NCBI GenBank assembly: GCA_965205945.1
Contig: CBDBIB010000001.1
Location: forward strand, 593,929-657,928
Origin: Bdellovibrionales bacterium
GTDB lineage: Bacteria > Bdellovibrionota > Bdellovibrionia > Bdellovibrionales > UBA1609
DNA: 64,000 bases
Direction: 5' to 3'
In this document: one piece after another, positions 32,481 through 43,340 of the stretch
How positions within the stretch are numbered: position 1 is the first letter of the stretch
How the letters are laid out: each line of letters opens with the position of its first letter
Made by a program: the position numbers and the translations under genes
Notes under the pieces: generated by a model
What the model was told of the DNA's origin: nothing
Database searches by the model: none
Seen by the model: the letters and a program-made list of their open reading frames with translations, nothing else

Positions 32481-33647
32481 TTAAACCCCTTTAACTGCTG
32501 ATACAACTTTTAAAGCTGCATCCTGAAGGTTAACCGCTGACATAATATTTAAACCACTATTTTCTAAAATTTTTCTACCTTTTTTAACATTAGTTCCAGC
32601 AAGCCGCACAACTAAAGGAACTTTTAAACCCATCTCCTTAGATGCTGCAACAACACCTTCTGCGATAATATCACATTTCATAATTCCACCAAAAATATTC
32701 ACCAAAATTGCTTTAACACCAGGGTCTTTTAAAATAATTTTAAAGGCTTCCATTACTTTTTCCTTATTAGCCCCCCCACCTACATCTAAAAAATTTGCTG
32801 GACTCTCACCATGAAGTTTAATAATATCCATTGTAGACATTGCAAGACCGGCCCCATTTACTAAACAACCAATATTTCCATCAAGTTTAATAAACGTAAG
32901 ATCAAATTTTTGAGCTTGAACTTCAGCAGGGTCTTCTTCTGAAAAATCTCTTAACTCCATAATTTCTGGGTGTCTATATAATGCATTTGAATCAAAACTT
33001 ACTTTTGCGTCTAACACTAAAACATCACCCTCAACTGTTTCTACCAAAGGATTTACTTCAATCATTTCAGCATCCTTGTCTACAAATACTTGGTAGAGTT
33101 TTTGAAAAACTAAGGCCGCTTTAATAGCTACTTTCCCCTTAAAACCCATATCAAAGGCTAAATTTCTTGCTTGAAAAGCTGTAAAGCCCACTCCAAAAGG
33201 AATCTGTATTGAGATTATTTTTTCAGGATTTTTTTCTAAAACCTCTTCAATATCCACACCACCTTCTTCACTCCCAATAAATGAAACTAAACTTGTAGAA
33301 CGATCAACTAAACAAGCAACATAGTATTCTTTTTTAATACTACAGCCTGTTTCAATATAAACTCTTTGAATTTCTTTTCCTTTAAGGCCTGTTTGATGAG
33401 TTACTAAAGTCTTGCCCAAGAGCTCCCCAACTGTTGACCCCACCTTAGCTGCAGTTTTGACAAGTTTAACGCCCCCAGCTTTGCCTCTACCACCTGCATG
33501 AATTTGAGCTTTAACAACCCAAAGGTTTGTATCTAATTTTTTTAATGCCTTAGCAACTTCACCCACTGATTGAACCATTACACCCTTTAAAACAGGTATT
33601 TTATAATCCTTAAAAATTTGTTTCGCCTGATATTCGTGAATGTTCAT
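32481..33647 (-). CDS. sucC: Succinyl-CoA ligase beta subunit
   Basis: [38 protein letters not shown]. Confidence 0.97.
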   Translation of the reverse strand: MNIHEYQAKQIFKDYKIPVLKGVMVQSVGEVAKALKKLDTNLWVVKAQIHAGGRGKAGGVKLVKTAAKVGSTVGELLGKTLVTHQTGLKGKEIQRVYIETGCSIKKEYYVACLVDRSTSLVSFIGSEEGGVDIEEVLEKNPEKIISIQIPFGVGFTAFQARNLAFDMGFKGKVAIKAALVFQKLYQVFVDKDAEMIEVNPLVETVEGDVLVLDAKVSFDSNALYRHPEIMELRDFSEEDPAEVQAQKFDLTFIKLDGNIGCLVNGAGLAMSTMDIIKLHGESPANFLDVGGGANKEKVMEAFKIILKDPGVKAILVNIFGGIMKCDIIAEGVVAASKEMGLKVPLVVRLAGTNVKKGRKILENSGLNIMSAVNLQDAALKVVSAVKGV

Positions 33648-34600
33648 TAATACTCCTGTTTTTTTAAATCAGCCATTAAACTTCTAACTGCCAAAACAGA
33701 ATTATCTAAGCCGGCTTTTTCTTCTTCATTTAAGCTAATTTCAATAACCTTTTCCATTCCATTTCCTCCAAGCTGACATAAAACACCAACAAAAAGGTCT
33801 TTATAACCATACTCACCTTGAAGATAAACAGCACATGGTAGAATTCTATTTTGATCTTTTAAAATAGCCTCGGCCATTTCAACCACACTAGCTGATGGAG
33901 CATAATAAGCAGAGCCTGTTTTAAGATACGCCACAATTTCAGCTCCACCTTTTCTGGTTCTTTGAATAAGAGCATCAATTTTCTTCTTTGAAAGCATTTC
34001 GGTTAAAAAAGCTCCACCAATTGAACAATGTCGAGGCATTGGGACCATTGTATCACCATGGCCACCCAGTACAAAAGCATGGATATCTTTAACTGAAAAA
34101 CCTGTTTCTTCTGCAATAAATGATCTAAACCTAGCACTATCTAAAACACCCGCCATTCCAATAACTCTATTCCTCGGAAAGCCTAATGTTTGTTTAGCAA
34201 CATAAGCCATCGCGTCTAAGGGATTTGAAACAACAATCACCACAGTATTAGGAGCGTACTTTTTAACCCCATTACATACTGTTTTCATAATTTTTGCATT
34301 AGTTTTAAGCAAGTCATCTCGACTCATACCAGGTTTTCTTGGAATACCTGCCGTAATTATAATAATATCTGACTCACTAATATCTTCATAGGAAGATGTT
34401 CCGGTAACTTTACTATCAAAACCTTTAACCGGAGAAGCCTCAAACAAATCTAAAGCCTTTCCCTTAGCTGAACCCTCATTAACATCTAATAAAACAACAT
34501 CACCTAATTCTTTTTGAGCTGCCCAGTGAGCACACGTCGAACCCACAAAACCTGCACCTACTACCGATATTTTTTTTCTACTATACTGCTTTTTTAACAT
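33647..34600 (-). CDS. mdh: Malate dehydrogenase (LDH-like)
   Basis: [24 protein letters not shown] at 34600 after GGAGAG. Confidence 0.95.
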   Translation of the reverse strand: MLKKQYSRKKISVVGAGFVGSTCAHWAAQKELGDVVLLDVNEGSAKGKALDLFEASPVKGFDSKVTGTSSYEDISESDIIIITAGIPRKPGMSRDDLLKTNAKIMKTVCNGVKKYAPNTVVIVVSNPLDAMAYVAKQTLGFPRNRVIGMAGVLDSARFRSFIAEETGFSVKDIHAFVLGGHGDTMVPMPRHCSIGGAFLTEMLSKKKIDALIQRTRKGGAEIVAYLKTGSAYYAPSASVVEMAEAILKDQNRILPCAVYLQGEYGYKDLFVGVLCQLGGNGMEKVIEISLNEEEKAGLDNSVLAVRSLMADLKKQEY

Positions 34601-35245
34601 ATTTCTCTCCAAATCTTTAAAAAATTGTAATTAAAGCTTTTCTTAAACCACCTCAAGCTAAATATTAAATTATTATTAACCTATGGATGAAATCAGAGCC
34701 TGACAACCTGTTAAAAAAATACCTCCTAAAGTGCCACCAGTACTATTAAGAAAGGGTTATTTAACACTATAAACATCAACAAATCTTTTAAGTTGAAAAA
34801 AACTCGACCATAAGCTCTTACTATTACCCACATCTTTTAAGTGTAAGTTTTTTTTACACTAATGTATTAAGGTTGCATCTGGTACATGGAGGATCAAATT
34901 TGTAAAAAAGCAGGCCATAAATAAAAGAAGATCTGTTTACTACTTTTTAAAATAATAACCCAAAAAAAATAGAACCACATATTATCAATACACAGACTAA
35001 AGTTGCCAACTACAATAAAGTTATTACAGTTCCAGACACAAGTACTGTTAATGTTAGAAGAAACATTACTTAAACATATAAGTATATGTAAAAGTGCTTA
35101 TCTAAAAACTAAAATCATTCACGAAACAAAAAATTATTGCTATTTAGAATGAGAAAGACCCCATAAGCAAAGATGAGTGCAAAAGGTATTTTCAGATAAA
35201 AGAGATTCAGAAGAATAAAAGGAGCCTGTAAATTAAATTAGGCTC

Positions 35246-35276
35246 AAAAAGAAACCCACACCTAAAAGGTGTGGGT
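35246..35276 (-). terminator. Intrinsic terminator of the histone H1-like gene
   Basis: 10-bp perfect stem ACCCACACCT/AGGTGTGGGT (35254-35276) followed on the minus strand by TTCTTTTT. Confidence 0.8.
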
Positions 35277-35324
35277 AACAGTAAGATCATAAACTTAAAC
35301 TCTAAGCATGTAATCTATTATTTA

Positions 35325-35600
35325 TTACCTTCTTCTTACAGCTCGTTTTTTAGCTGCTTTCTTCCTTGTAGTTGCTTTTCTAGCAACCTTTTTTCTTGTT
35401 GTTTTCTTTCTAGTAACTTTTTTCTTTGCTACTTTCTTCCTTGTAGTTGCTTTTCTAGCAACCTTTTTTCTTGTTGTTTTCTTTCTAGTAACTTTTTTCT
35501 TTGCTACTTTCTTCCTTGTAGTTGCTTTTCTAACAACTTTTTTTCTTGTTGTTTTCTTTTTAGCAACCTTTTTTCTTGTTGTTTTCTTTTTAGCAGCCAT
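35325..35600 (-). CDS. Histone H1-like / Hc2-like basic nucleoid protein
   Basis: Met plus 18 pentapeptides ([15 protein letters not shown]...), 51/91 residues K or R; GGAGG RBS; own terminator. Confidence 0.85.
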   Translation of the reverse strand: MAAKKKTTRKKVAKKKTTRKKVVRKATTRKKVAKKKVTRKKTTRKKVARKATTRKKVAKKKVTRKKTTRKKVARKATTRKKAAKKRAVRRR

Positions 35601-35719
35601 GATGTCCTCCTAATTAAATTGTCATCGTTTGCTTTTTTGTTTCATCTTTAATTCTAACTTCATGACTCTAATCGTCAATATAAAATTTATACTAAATCTT
35701 TTTTTGCATACTAAAGTTT

Positions 35720-36457
35720 ATGATTTTTCTCTATTTTCTAGCTTTATCTTCAAGTTTGTATACCGGATTTTTAATTTTTAATATTTTTTCCCGTACATAT
35801 TCAAACTTTTTCTTTAAAATTAGTTTTATTGTTCTCTTCTGTGAAGTTTTACTCCTTTTAAGCTTTCATCAGCTCGATTATCTAATGAATTTAATTCTCT
35901 ACACTCCTTTATTTATAGGCTTCTTCCCTTTTCTACTTTCCTTTTTAACTGTTTTTAAAAGACGCTCTAAAAGTTACCAAACAACCCTTACTTTACTCGA
36001 ATGTATTAGTATTCACTTGCAAATAGGACAGTCTTTCATAAACTCTTTAACCCTAGCTTTAAAAAATCTCCCTCCAAATTCAAGTATTGATATTTCTTTT
36101 AAAAAAAATGTCATTGTGCAACAACTAAAGTCGAGAAATTGTACAATTTTTAATGAATTAACTCGAGATTTAAATACACTTTCACAGCAAAATTTAGGTA
36201 AGCAAGAACTTTTAAGCTTTATTAAATATAAATTTCAACTCAATTCAGAGCTTGAACAAAAGATAAACTTATCTTCAATACAATATAAAACTCAGTCCTG
36301 TGCTCTTATTTTCTTTTGGCTCGCCTCATTTTCATCCTTATTTCTTCAAAACCAATTTTTTCTACACTTAAATATTATTTTAATAAGCCTACTCATGATG
36401 ACCCTAGGACTTCTTCTTGCAAAAAAAATGATTGTTAAAGTCAATTTTCGAATATGA
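35720..36457 (+). CDS. TadB-like (T2SS-F family) membrane protein, divergent
   Basis: LQIGQSFINSL; EQKINLSSIQYKTQS followed by two TMs. Confidence 0.6.
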   Translation: MIFLYFLALSSSLYTGFLIFNIFSRTYSNFFFKISFIVLFCEVLLLLSFHQLDYLMNLILYTPLFIGFFPFLLSFLTVFKRRSKSYQTTLTLLECISIHLQIGQSFINSLTLALKNLPPNSSIDISFKKNVIVQQLKSRNCTIFNELTRDLNTLSQQNLGKQELLSFIKYKFQLNSELEQKINLSSIQYKTQSCALIFFWLASFSSLFLQNQFFLHLNIILISLLMMTLGLLLAKKMIVKVNFRI

Positions 36458-36511
36458 TAAGCCTTTTAAAGGCACTTTAAATCTCTTAATTCTTTTGCAC
36501 TTTATTTTAAT

Positions 36512-36883
36512 ATGTCAAACCCTACAATAAAATTTATTCAACACCTTATTCTTTGCATAAAATCTGGAAAATCAATTTTATATGGAAAAAACTCCTGGAA
36601 TGACCCATTCATCCTTAATATCCTAAATCGTAACTCCAACCTTACAAACATAGAGTATGAATTAAAAATTTTAATAGATAAAGGCCTATGCGGTTTTCCC
36701 ATCCTCAAACTTCTTGAAAATCTTCACTTAAAAGCCAAAAATAAGCTTCTCTTTGAAATGGAGGGTCACTCTAAGAAAATACCTTTTTTATCCCTTATTC
36801 CCCTTTTTTTATTTCAAGTCCCCAGCCTTATTCTTATTTTCTTATACCCAATGATCTTTAATTTCATAAAGGAACTAAGTTGA
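36512..36883 (+). CDS. Short TadC-like membrane protein
   Basis: GFPILKLL and C-terminal KIPFLSLIPLFLFQVPSLILIFLYP. Confidence 0.6.
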   Translation: MSNPTIKFIQHLILCIKSGKSILYGKNSWNDPFILNILNRNSNLTNIEYELKILIDKGLCGFPILKLLENLHLKAKNKLLFEMEGHSKKIPFLSLIPLFLFQVPSLILIFLYPMIFNFIKELS

Positions 36884-37212
36884 AAAAAATCTTATTCAAC
36901 CTATTTATTTTACTTGTTTGCCAACGTCTCCTAGCAAATATGGCTTGTGATATGAAGCTTAAAGAGAAGAAATGGCCTCTAGATTGCTTTGTGCTCCTTC
37001 AAGTCAACTCAACTAAGAAACTAGATAAAAAATACATTAATTTAGACCAATGGTGTAAAATTTATGCCCCAGAACTTTTAAATCAACCCCCTCCAAAAGC
37101 CCTTTTCACTCTTTATATGCCTAAAAACTGCTTACATATCTCTTTAAAGGCACAAGCTTATTTTAACTCCCAATCTGTCTTAAATAGTACGTTTTTGAAT
37201 TCTTTTCTATAG
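36880..37212 (+). CDS. Hypothetical exported Cys-containing protein
   Basis: Signal-like N-terminus, several Cys; start overlaps the upstream stop codon. Confidence 0.6.
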   Translation: MKKILFNLFILLVCQRLLANMACDMKLKEKKWPLDCFVLLQVNSTKKLDKKYINLDQWCKIYAPELLNQPPPKALFTLYMPKNCLHISLKAQAYFNSQSVLNSTFLNSFL

Positions 37213-37243
37213 ACCTTTTTTCTTCATAAAGTTAAAAACGCTT

Positions 37244-38239
37244 ATGTTTTTAACTAAAAATTCGCCTAAAGTTATCGGTTTTCTTGGAGAAGGACTCAAC
37301 GCCAACGTTTATAAAGTTACAAAATATCAACCCAACCTTAAAGTTACAAAAATATTTGCTTTAAAAGTCTTAAAAAGACCTGAAGATTTAAATCATTTTA
37401 AAACTGAATTTGAATCTTTATTAAAAGCAAGTGGAAAACACCTTGTTAAATACCGCGGATGGGAAACTTATAAGTCCAAACCAGCACTGCTTTTAGAGTA
37501 TATTAACGGTATAACCCTACAAAGTTTACTAAAACAACAAACACTAACACCTCAAGAAGCCTTATGGATTTATCAAGAAGCACACTCAGGGCTTATTGAA
37601 CTCAACGATTCAGACCTTTATCATGGTGATTTAAGCCCTCAAAACATAATGATTGACCTTGATGGCAACATTAAACTTATTGATTTTGGTTTAACACATT
37701 GGCGAACTAAAAAAATCGAACTCACACCTGAATTTGCTGCCGCATCAGTTTTAAATGGCGCAAAACCCTCCTTAAAGTCAGATCTAGTCTCTTTAAAACG
37801 CATTTTTGATCCATTTAACCTTACTCACTTTAAACCCTTAACTAATAAACCTGAAAGCCTTGTAAAAAAAGTTTTAATTCTACAAAACCTCTCTTCATCT
37901 CAAACAAAAAGTCTTAAACTTATCAAACTTAAAAAACATTCTATAAATTTAAATCTTAGAAAAATACTTGCTACTATGGCTTGTTGCTTTATGATTTCTC
38001 CTGTTCCAGCTCAAAATAACATCTTTATTGAACACGAAATTTTAGTAAGAAGTACAAAATGGCTCTCTATTAAAACTTATAAAGGAGATCAGTGGTGCTT
38101 TACACCCTGCTCACTAAAGTTTAAACGAACAGGCCTTCAAACAATACAATGGAAAAGCAAAACTAAAGCAGAAACTATAAATGTTTATATAGATAAGAAC
38201 CAAAAACTCCTTACTCTAAATTCAATAAATTCTTTATAA
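37244..38239 (+). CDS. Hanks-type Ser/Thr kinase-like protein with TM and short external domain
   Basis: LGEGLNANVY, ALK, HGDLSPQN, DFG; APE replaced by AAS. Confidence 0.8.
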   Translation: MFLTKNSPKVIGFLGEGLNANVYKVTKYQPNLKVTKIFALKVLKRPEDLNHFKTEFESLLKASGKHLVKYRGWETYKSKPALLLEYINGITLQSLLKQQTLTPQEALWIYQEAHSGLIELNDSDLYHGDLSPQNIMIDLDGNIKLIDFGLTHWRTKKIELTPEFAAASVLNGAKPSLKSDLVSLKRIFDPFNLTHFKPLTNKPESLVKKVLILQNLSSSQTKSLKLIKLKKHSINLNLRKILATMACCFMISPVPAQNNIFIEHEILVRSTKWLSIKTYKGDQWCFTPCSLKFKRTGLQTIQWKSKTKAETINVYIDKNQKLLTLNSINSL

Positions 38240-38543
38240 CCTATAGTTGGATACATTAAAGATGTTCATACTTATAATCTAGAATTTTTTACTCTGTTTT
38301 AAAGTTTCTTTCCCTAAAAAGTATATACCATAAATTCAGCAATCAAATTAGCCATAGTATTTACAAAAATTTGATGTTTTAAATACTCTGTATTAAAAAT
38401 GTTTTAAAATTCGCTTCAATCTTATTCTATACAAATTTTTAAGCTTTACATCAAAAGATTATAGAAAAAACCTCTAATACCTAAGAACACTTAAAATACA
38501 CCCATATCTTGTGATTTCTTATTTTATATTAGAAACTTTATTT

Positions 38544-39350
38544 ATGTTTGATTTTTTATATTTTATACTCGGCCTTATTCAAGGGCTCACTGAATTTTTA
38601 CCTATTTCAAGCTCTGGACATCTTGCCCTAATTCAAGCTTTCTTCTCCAATGTAGAAAAAGAAAGCCTCTTAGTTGAAATCACAGCCCACCTTGGAAGCC
38701 TTTTTGCCATTGGTGTATATTACAGACAATCCCTTTTTTTACAAATCATAAGCTTTAAAAAAATTTCATTAAACCGACTTTATCCTTTATATATTCTTTT
38801 TATCTCAACTCTGCCAGCGGGCATTGTCGGATTGTTCTTAAAAAAATATATCACCCCTCTTTTTTCTAATACAAACACCATTGCATACGGATTTTTATTT
38901 ACAAGTTTTGCTCTTATTTTCACTTATTTCTTTTCAAAAAAAAATACTCCTAAAAAAAATTTGCTTAACTGGCCAACACCCTTAGGAGCGCTTTTTATTG
39001 GATTTGCACAAGCCTTTGCTCTACTTCCTGGTGTATCACGCTCTGGCTTTACTATTACCGCAGGTATTTTAATGGGCTTAAAGCCTAAACAATCAGCATT
39101 CTTTTCTTTTTGTAGTGTTGCTCCACTAATATTTACAGCAGCCCTCCTTTCCTTTTACAAACTAATCTCTCATGCAGAGCGTTTAACACAGTCTGAAAAT
39201 CTTTTAAATTTAGGCGTTTTACTAATTTCTTCTTTTTTCTTTGGCTGGTTAGGATTAAACTTAGTTCTTAGATTTTTAGAGAGGAATAAGCTCCATTATT
39301 TTGCTTTATACCTTATTCCACTCGCAGGTGTACTACTTATCAGGGGATGA
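38544..39350 (+). CDS. uppP: Undecaprenyl-diphosphate phosphatase
   Basis: QGLTEFLPISSSGH, PGVSRSG. Confidence 0.95.
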   Translation: MFDFLYFILGLIQGLTEFLPISSSGHLALIQAFFSNVEKESLLVEITAHLGSLFAIGVYYRQSLFLQIISFKKISLNRLYPLYILFISTLPAGIVGLFLKKYITPLFSNTNTIAYGFLFTSFALIFTYFFSKKNTPKKNLLNWPTPLGALFIGFAQAFALLPGVSRSGFTITAGILMGLKPKQSAFFSFCSVAPLIFTAALLSFYKLISHAERLTQSENLLNLGVLLISSFFFGWLGLNLVLRFLERNKLHYFALYLIPLAGVLLIRG

Positions 39351-39351
39351 T

Positions 39352-39576
39352 ATGAACCACGAATATGCTAAAAATTTAAAAGCTTTTGCCAATGCATTAG
39401 CATCTGACAAATTCAAATCTAATAAAGAAATAAAAGAAGAAATGGATAGACTTGGTTTGATCTATTCTGATAATGAAATAGAACGATTAAACCGTGTTCT
39501 TTTAGCTCTTCATCCTTTTGCTGATAAAATTAGATCTAAACAGAATAAAGCTAATCAAAAGGAGCTTTGTCATTAA
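39352..39576 (+). CDS. Small hypothetical protein
   Basis: ATG at 39352 right after the uppP stop, AGGGG upstream; 74 aa. Confidence 0.6.
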   Translation: MNHEYAKNLKAFANALASDKFKSNKEIKEEMDRLGLIYSDNEIERLNRVLLALHPFADKIRSKQNKANQKELCH

Positions 39577-40546
39577 AACGAAGAAAAATATTTTAGAACT
39601 AATCGGCAATACGCCTATTGTTGAACTTACAAAAACTGTACCTAAAAACAAACATCGCTTTTTTGCAAAACTTGAATATCTAAACCCCGGCTTAAGTGTA
39701 AAAGATAGAGTTGCCCTTGCTATTATTCAAGGTGCTGAAGCTCGTGGTGATTTAAAACCTGGTGGAACTATTGTAGAAGCTACATCTGGCAATACTGGAG
39801 TAGGTCTTGCAATGGTTGCAGCACTTAAAAACTACAAAGCTATTTTTATTATGCCTGAAAAAATGTCTATGGAAAAAAGAGCTACACTCACAGGCTATGG
39901 AGCTAAACTTGTTCTCACCCCCAACGAAGTAGCCCCCGATGATCCAAGGTCTCATTATTCTGTTGCTAAAAAAATTGCAGCCCAAACTCCTGGAAGCTTT
40001 TATACAAATCAATTTCACAATATGGACAACCCTACACAACATTATAAAACCACAGGCCCTGAAATTTGGGATCAAATGGAGGGCAATGTTGATCTTTTTG
40101 TAAGTGGCGCTGGAACAGGCGGAACTATCTCAGGCGTTGGTAAATTTTTAAAAGAAAAAAATCCTAATATTAAAATTGTATGTAATGATCCTGTGGGAAG
40201 TATTCTGTATGATTTATTCTATCATAAAAAAATCCGAACTCCTCCTAGCCCTTATCAGGTTGAGGGAATTGGTGAAGACATAATGCCTAGTTGTTTACAG
40301 TTTAATTACATTGATGATTTTATACAGGTAAACGACAAAGAGGCCTTTACATTATGTCGAAAGCTTACAAGAAAAGAAGGTATGATGGTTGGCCCATCTT
40401 CTGCTTCAGCTCTTGCTGGAGCTATTAAGTATTCAGAAAAATTAGAAAAATCCTCAAATATTATAGTAATGTTTGCTGATAATGGAGCAAAGTACTTAAG
40501 CAAAACTTTCAATGATGAGTGGTTAAAAGAACATAGGATTATTTAG
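39572..40546 (+). CDS. Cystathionine beta-synthase / cysteine synthase family PLP enzyme
   Basis: IGNTP, NPGLSVKDR, EATSGNTG, GTGGT; paired with the downstream gamma-lyase; start either ATT 39572 or TTG 39518. Confidence 0.9.
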   Translation: MKTKKNILELIGNTPIVELTKTVPKNKHRFFAKLEYLNPGLSVKDRVALAIIQGAEARGDLKPGGTIVEATSGNTGVGLAMVAALKNYKAIFIMPEKMSMEKRATLTGYGAKLVLTPNEVAPDDPRSHYSVAKKIAAQTPGSFYTNQFHNMDNPTQHYKTTGPEIWDQMEGNVDLFVSGAGTGGTISGVGKFLKEKNPNIKIVCNDPVGSILYDLFYHKKIRTPPSPYQVEGIGEDIMPSCLQFNYIDDFIQVNDKEAFTLCRKLTRKEGMMVGPSSASALAGAIKYSEKLEKSSNIIVMFADNGAKYLSKTFNDEWLKEHRII

Positions 40547-40547
40547 T

Positions 40548-41726
40548 ATGAAGAAAACGCCCAATACATGGAATTTAAAAAACTTTGGTTTCTCAACTCG
40601 AGCTATTCATGCAGGACAAGAGCCAGATCCTACAACCGGCGCTATTATGACACCTCTTTATCTTACATCTACATATGTTCAGTCTTCTCCTGGCGTTTTT
40701 AAAGATTATGAATACTCCCGAACATCTAACCCAACTAGACGTGCTTATGAAGATTGTCTTACAAATCTTGAAGAAGGTTTTAAAGGATTTGCTTTTGCTT
40801 CAGGTTGTGCGGCAATGACTACTACTATGCATTTACTCAAATCTGGCGATCATGTTGTTGCTGGTGATGATATGTATGGTGGAACATTCAGGCTTTTTGA
40901 TAAGGTTATTAGAAATAATGGAATCGATTTTTCTTTTATCGATTTAACTAACCTTTCTAATTTAGAAAGGTATGTAACTTCAAAAACAAAAATGATCTGG
41001 ATTGAAACTCCAACAAATCCAACTTTAAAACTTGTAGATATTAGCGCAGTAAGTGCTTTTGCAAAATCAAAAAATATTTTAGTCGTAGTAGACAATACTT
41101 TTATGAGCCCCTATTATCAAAAACCTTTAACACTTGGTGCTCATATCAGTCTTCACTCAACAACAAAGTTTATTGGCGGTCATAGTGATTTAATTGGTGG
41201 TGCTGTTGTTGTTAAATCCGAAGAGCTAGCCGATCACTATCAATTTCTTACAAATTCTTTAGGAGGCATAGCTTCTCCATTTGATAGCTATATGGCCATG
41301 CGATCTTTAAAAACCTTGCCCCTTAGAATGGATGCTCACCAAAAAAATAGCATTCAAATTGCTAAATTCTTAAGCTCTCATGATAAAGTTGATAAAGTTA
41401 TTTATCCAGGTCTTGAGTCTCACCCACAACACACTCTAGCGAAAAAACAAATGACCGGTTTTGGTGGGATGATCACTTTTTTTCTAAAGGGCAATTTAAC
41501 CGAAGCTAGAATAGTCTTAGAATCTATGCAAGTCTTTAGTCTTGCTGAAAGCTTAGGTGGAGTTGAATCTCTAATTGAACATCCTTCAATTATGACCCAT
41601 GCATCCGTTCCTTTAAGTACAAGAACAAAGCTTGGAATCACTGACTCTTTAATAAGATTATCTGTTGGCACTGAGGATTTAAAAGATCTTTTAAATGACC
41701 TTAAGACTTCTCTTAATAAAATTTAA
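40548..41726 (+). CDS. Cystathionine gamma-lyase/synthase (Cys/Met PLP family)
   Basis: EYSRTSNPTR, ETPTNP, HSTTKFIGGHSD, SLGGVESL. Confidence 0.93.
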   Translation: MKKTPNTWNLKNFGFSTRAIHAGQEPDPTTGAIMTPLYLTSTYVQSSPGVFKDYEYSRTSNPTRRAYEDCLTNLEEGFKGFAFASGCAAMTTTMHLLKSGDHVVAGDDMYGGTFRLFDKVIRNNGIDFSFIDLTNLSNLERYVTSKTKMIWIETPTNPTLKLVDISAVSAFAKSKNILVVVDNTFMSPYYQKPLTLGAHISLHSTTKFIGGHSDLIGGAVVVKSEELADHYQFLTNSLGGIASPFDSYMAMRSLKTLPLRMDAHQKNSIQIAKFLSSHDKVDKVIYPGLESHPQHTLAKKQMTGFGGMITFFLKGNLTEARIVLESMQVFSLAESLGGVESLIEHPSIMTHASVPLSTRTKLGITDSLIRLSVGTEDLKDLLNDLKTSLNKI

Positions 41727-41834
41727 TTATCGCCTATACCCTTAGCAGCTTTATAGATTCAAGTTTGACATTAAGTTTTCAAACTTGATATGACTTTACC
41801 TTCTTAATCTTGTTTATTATTGCAAACAACCCAT

Positions 41835-41910
<76 letters not shown>

Positions 41911-41977
41911 CTTTTCCCATTGGTCTAAATAAGAAAGCTTTTAAAAAATCAACATAACCTGGTTTTTAATTTAATAG

Positions 41978-42742
41978 CTATCTAGATTTTATATTAATAA
42001 ATGGCATAGAGTTTCCAAACATTTGTTGTGGAAGTTTACCATCCCATTTTTGAACAGCCTCATAGTCAACTAAGCCTTTATTTTGACTTAAAGCTTTTGA
42101 ACGGATGGTCATACTCTGTGCTTCAGCTTTAGCTGCAATAATTTTTTGAGTAGCTTCTTCTTTAACCTTCACAGTTCTATTCTGAGCTTCTTTAGCCTGC
42201 TCAACCGCAATAACTTTTAATTTTACAGCTTTTTCAAACTGATCATCAAAATCCATATCATTTAATTCAATAGACATAAGCTCTATTCTCTTTTTACCTA
42301 ACTCAGACGTAAGTTTTTTAGAAACTTCATCTGTAACTCTTTGCCTTTCTTCAATTAACTGAACAGCAGTATACTTTCCAGTAACTTCTTTAATATTTCC
42401 TTCTAAAACTTGTTTTACAAGAACCGCCACCCAATAAGGACCAACATCTTTATAGATATTATGAATTTCATGAGCTACAGGCCTAATATTTACAGTATAA
42501 ATAATCTCAACCACCTGAGCATCTTTGGAGTAACAGCTTGAACGCCCTTCAAATTTTACCTCTCTAACGCTAAGCACTTTCATTTTTGTAGTAAGAGGGT
42601 TGTAAAAATAAACACCCTCCTCTAAGGGCTCTCCAACAACCTTACCAAATCTTGTTTTCACACCACGATTACCTGTGTCCACAACTTTAAACCCACACGA
42701 TGTTAAAAAAAATGTTAGCGCTATTACCAATATTAACTTCAT
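41978..42742 (-). CDS. SPFH/prohibitin-family lipoprotein
   Basis: LTSC lipobox, GNRGVKTRFG, C-terminal coiled coil, KWDGKLP. Confidence 0.9.
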   Translation of the reverse strand: MKLILVIALTFFLTSCGFKVVDTGNRGVKTRFGKVVGEPLEEGVYFYNPLTTKMKVLSVREVKFEGRSSCYSKDAQVVEIIYTVNIRPVAHEIHNIYKDVGPYWVAVLVKQVLEGNIKEVTGKYTAVQLIEERQRVTDEVSKKLTSELGKKRIELMSIELNDMDFDDQFEKAVKLKVIAVEQAKEAQNRTVKVKEEATQKIIAAKAEAQSMTIRSKALSQNKGLVDYEAVQKWDGKLPQQMFGNSMPFINIKSR

Positions 42743-42854
42743 AATTCCTCCCAGTAAAAAAGCTCATCTTACATAAATTTAATCAATTGCAAAGGGGACT
42801 TGCGCTGCATAAGATATAGCCTTACACTCAAACTACCTTTAGATTGCCCTTAAT

Positions 42855-43214
42855 ATGATAAATTCATCACAACTTATTCCCATTCTGCTGAATCTTACAG
42901 CTGCTTTTATAAGTGCTTTTGGGCAGTATCTTTACAAAATAGGCTCAACTAAGCTTGGAATAGAACCTATTTATAAAAATTATCATATCTTTTCTGGAAT
43001 TTTCCTCTTTACTATTGTTATGGTTTTATTCCTAACAGCATTTAAACTTGGAGGTAGACTTTCTATAACCTACCCCATTTACGCCACCACCTTTGTTTGG
43101 GGCAGTTTACTTGGCGTGTGTTTTGATAAAGAACCCTGGAATTATGGACAAGCCTCAGGTTTGTTTTTGATTTTCCTAGGGATTTTATTAATTGCAACCT
43201 TAAGTCCTGAGTAA
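42855..43214 (+). CDS. Small 4-TM DMT/EamA-like transporter
   Basis: GQYLYK, GRLSITYP, four hydrophobic helices. Confidence 0.75.
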   Translation: MINSSQLIPILLNLTAAFISAFGQYLYKIGSTKLGIEPIYKNYHIFSGIFLFTIVMVLFLTAFKLGGRLSITYPIYATTFVWGSLLGVCFDKEPWNYGQASGLFLIFLGILLIATLSPE

Positions 43215-43340
43215 TCTAAAAAATTCTAAACTGCTTTCTTTAAAATACCCTTCCTTTAGTAGTATGTTTTTTTTAAAGCACATAAAAGAGTCTTATGATT
43301 TTAAGATAAACTTATATCACCACCAAATTTAAATTTATAA

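Noticed and set aside
34620..35220. 600-bp gap upstream of mdh as an sRNA or pseudogene
   Set aside because: Only short reading frames and no recognisable structure or family
35271..35651. Cys/Phe/Ser-rich 126-aa plus-strand ORF resembling a metallothionein or RiPP precursor
   Set aside because: Reverse complement of the Lys/Arg repeat gene, which has the SD and terminator
41759..41788. Inverted repeat TCAAGTTTGA-N10-TCAAACTTGA between the gamma-lyase gene and tRNA-Phe
   Set aside because: Weak AT-rich stem without a clear U-tract; cannot distinguish terminator, operator or chance
41911..43300. Genomic island integrated at tRNA-Phe
   Set aside because: No integrase and no duplicated tRNA 3' end seen in the window
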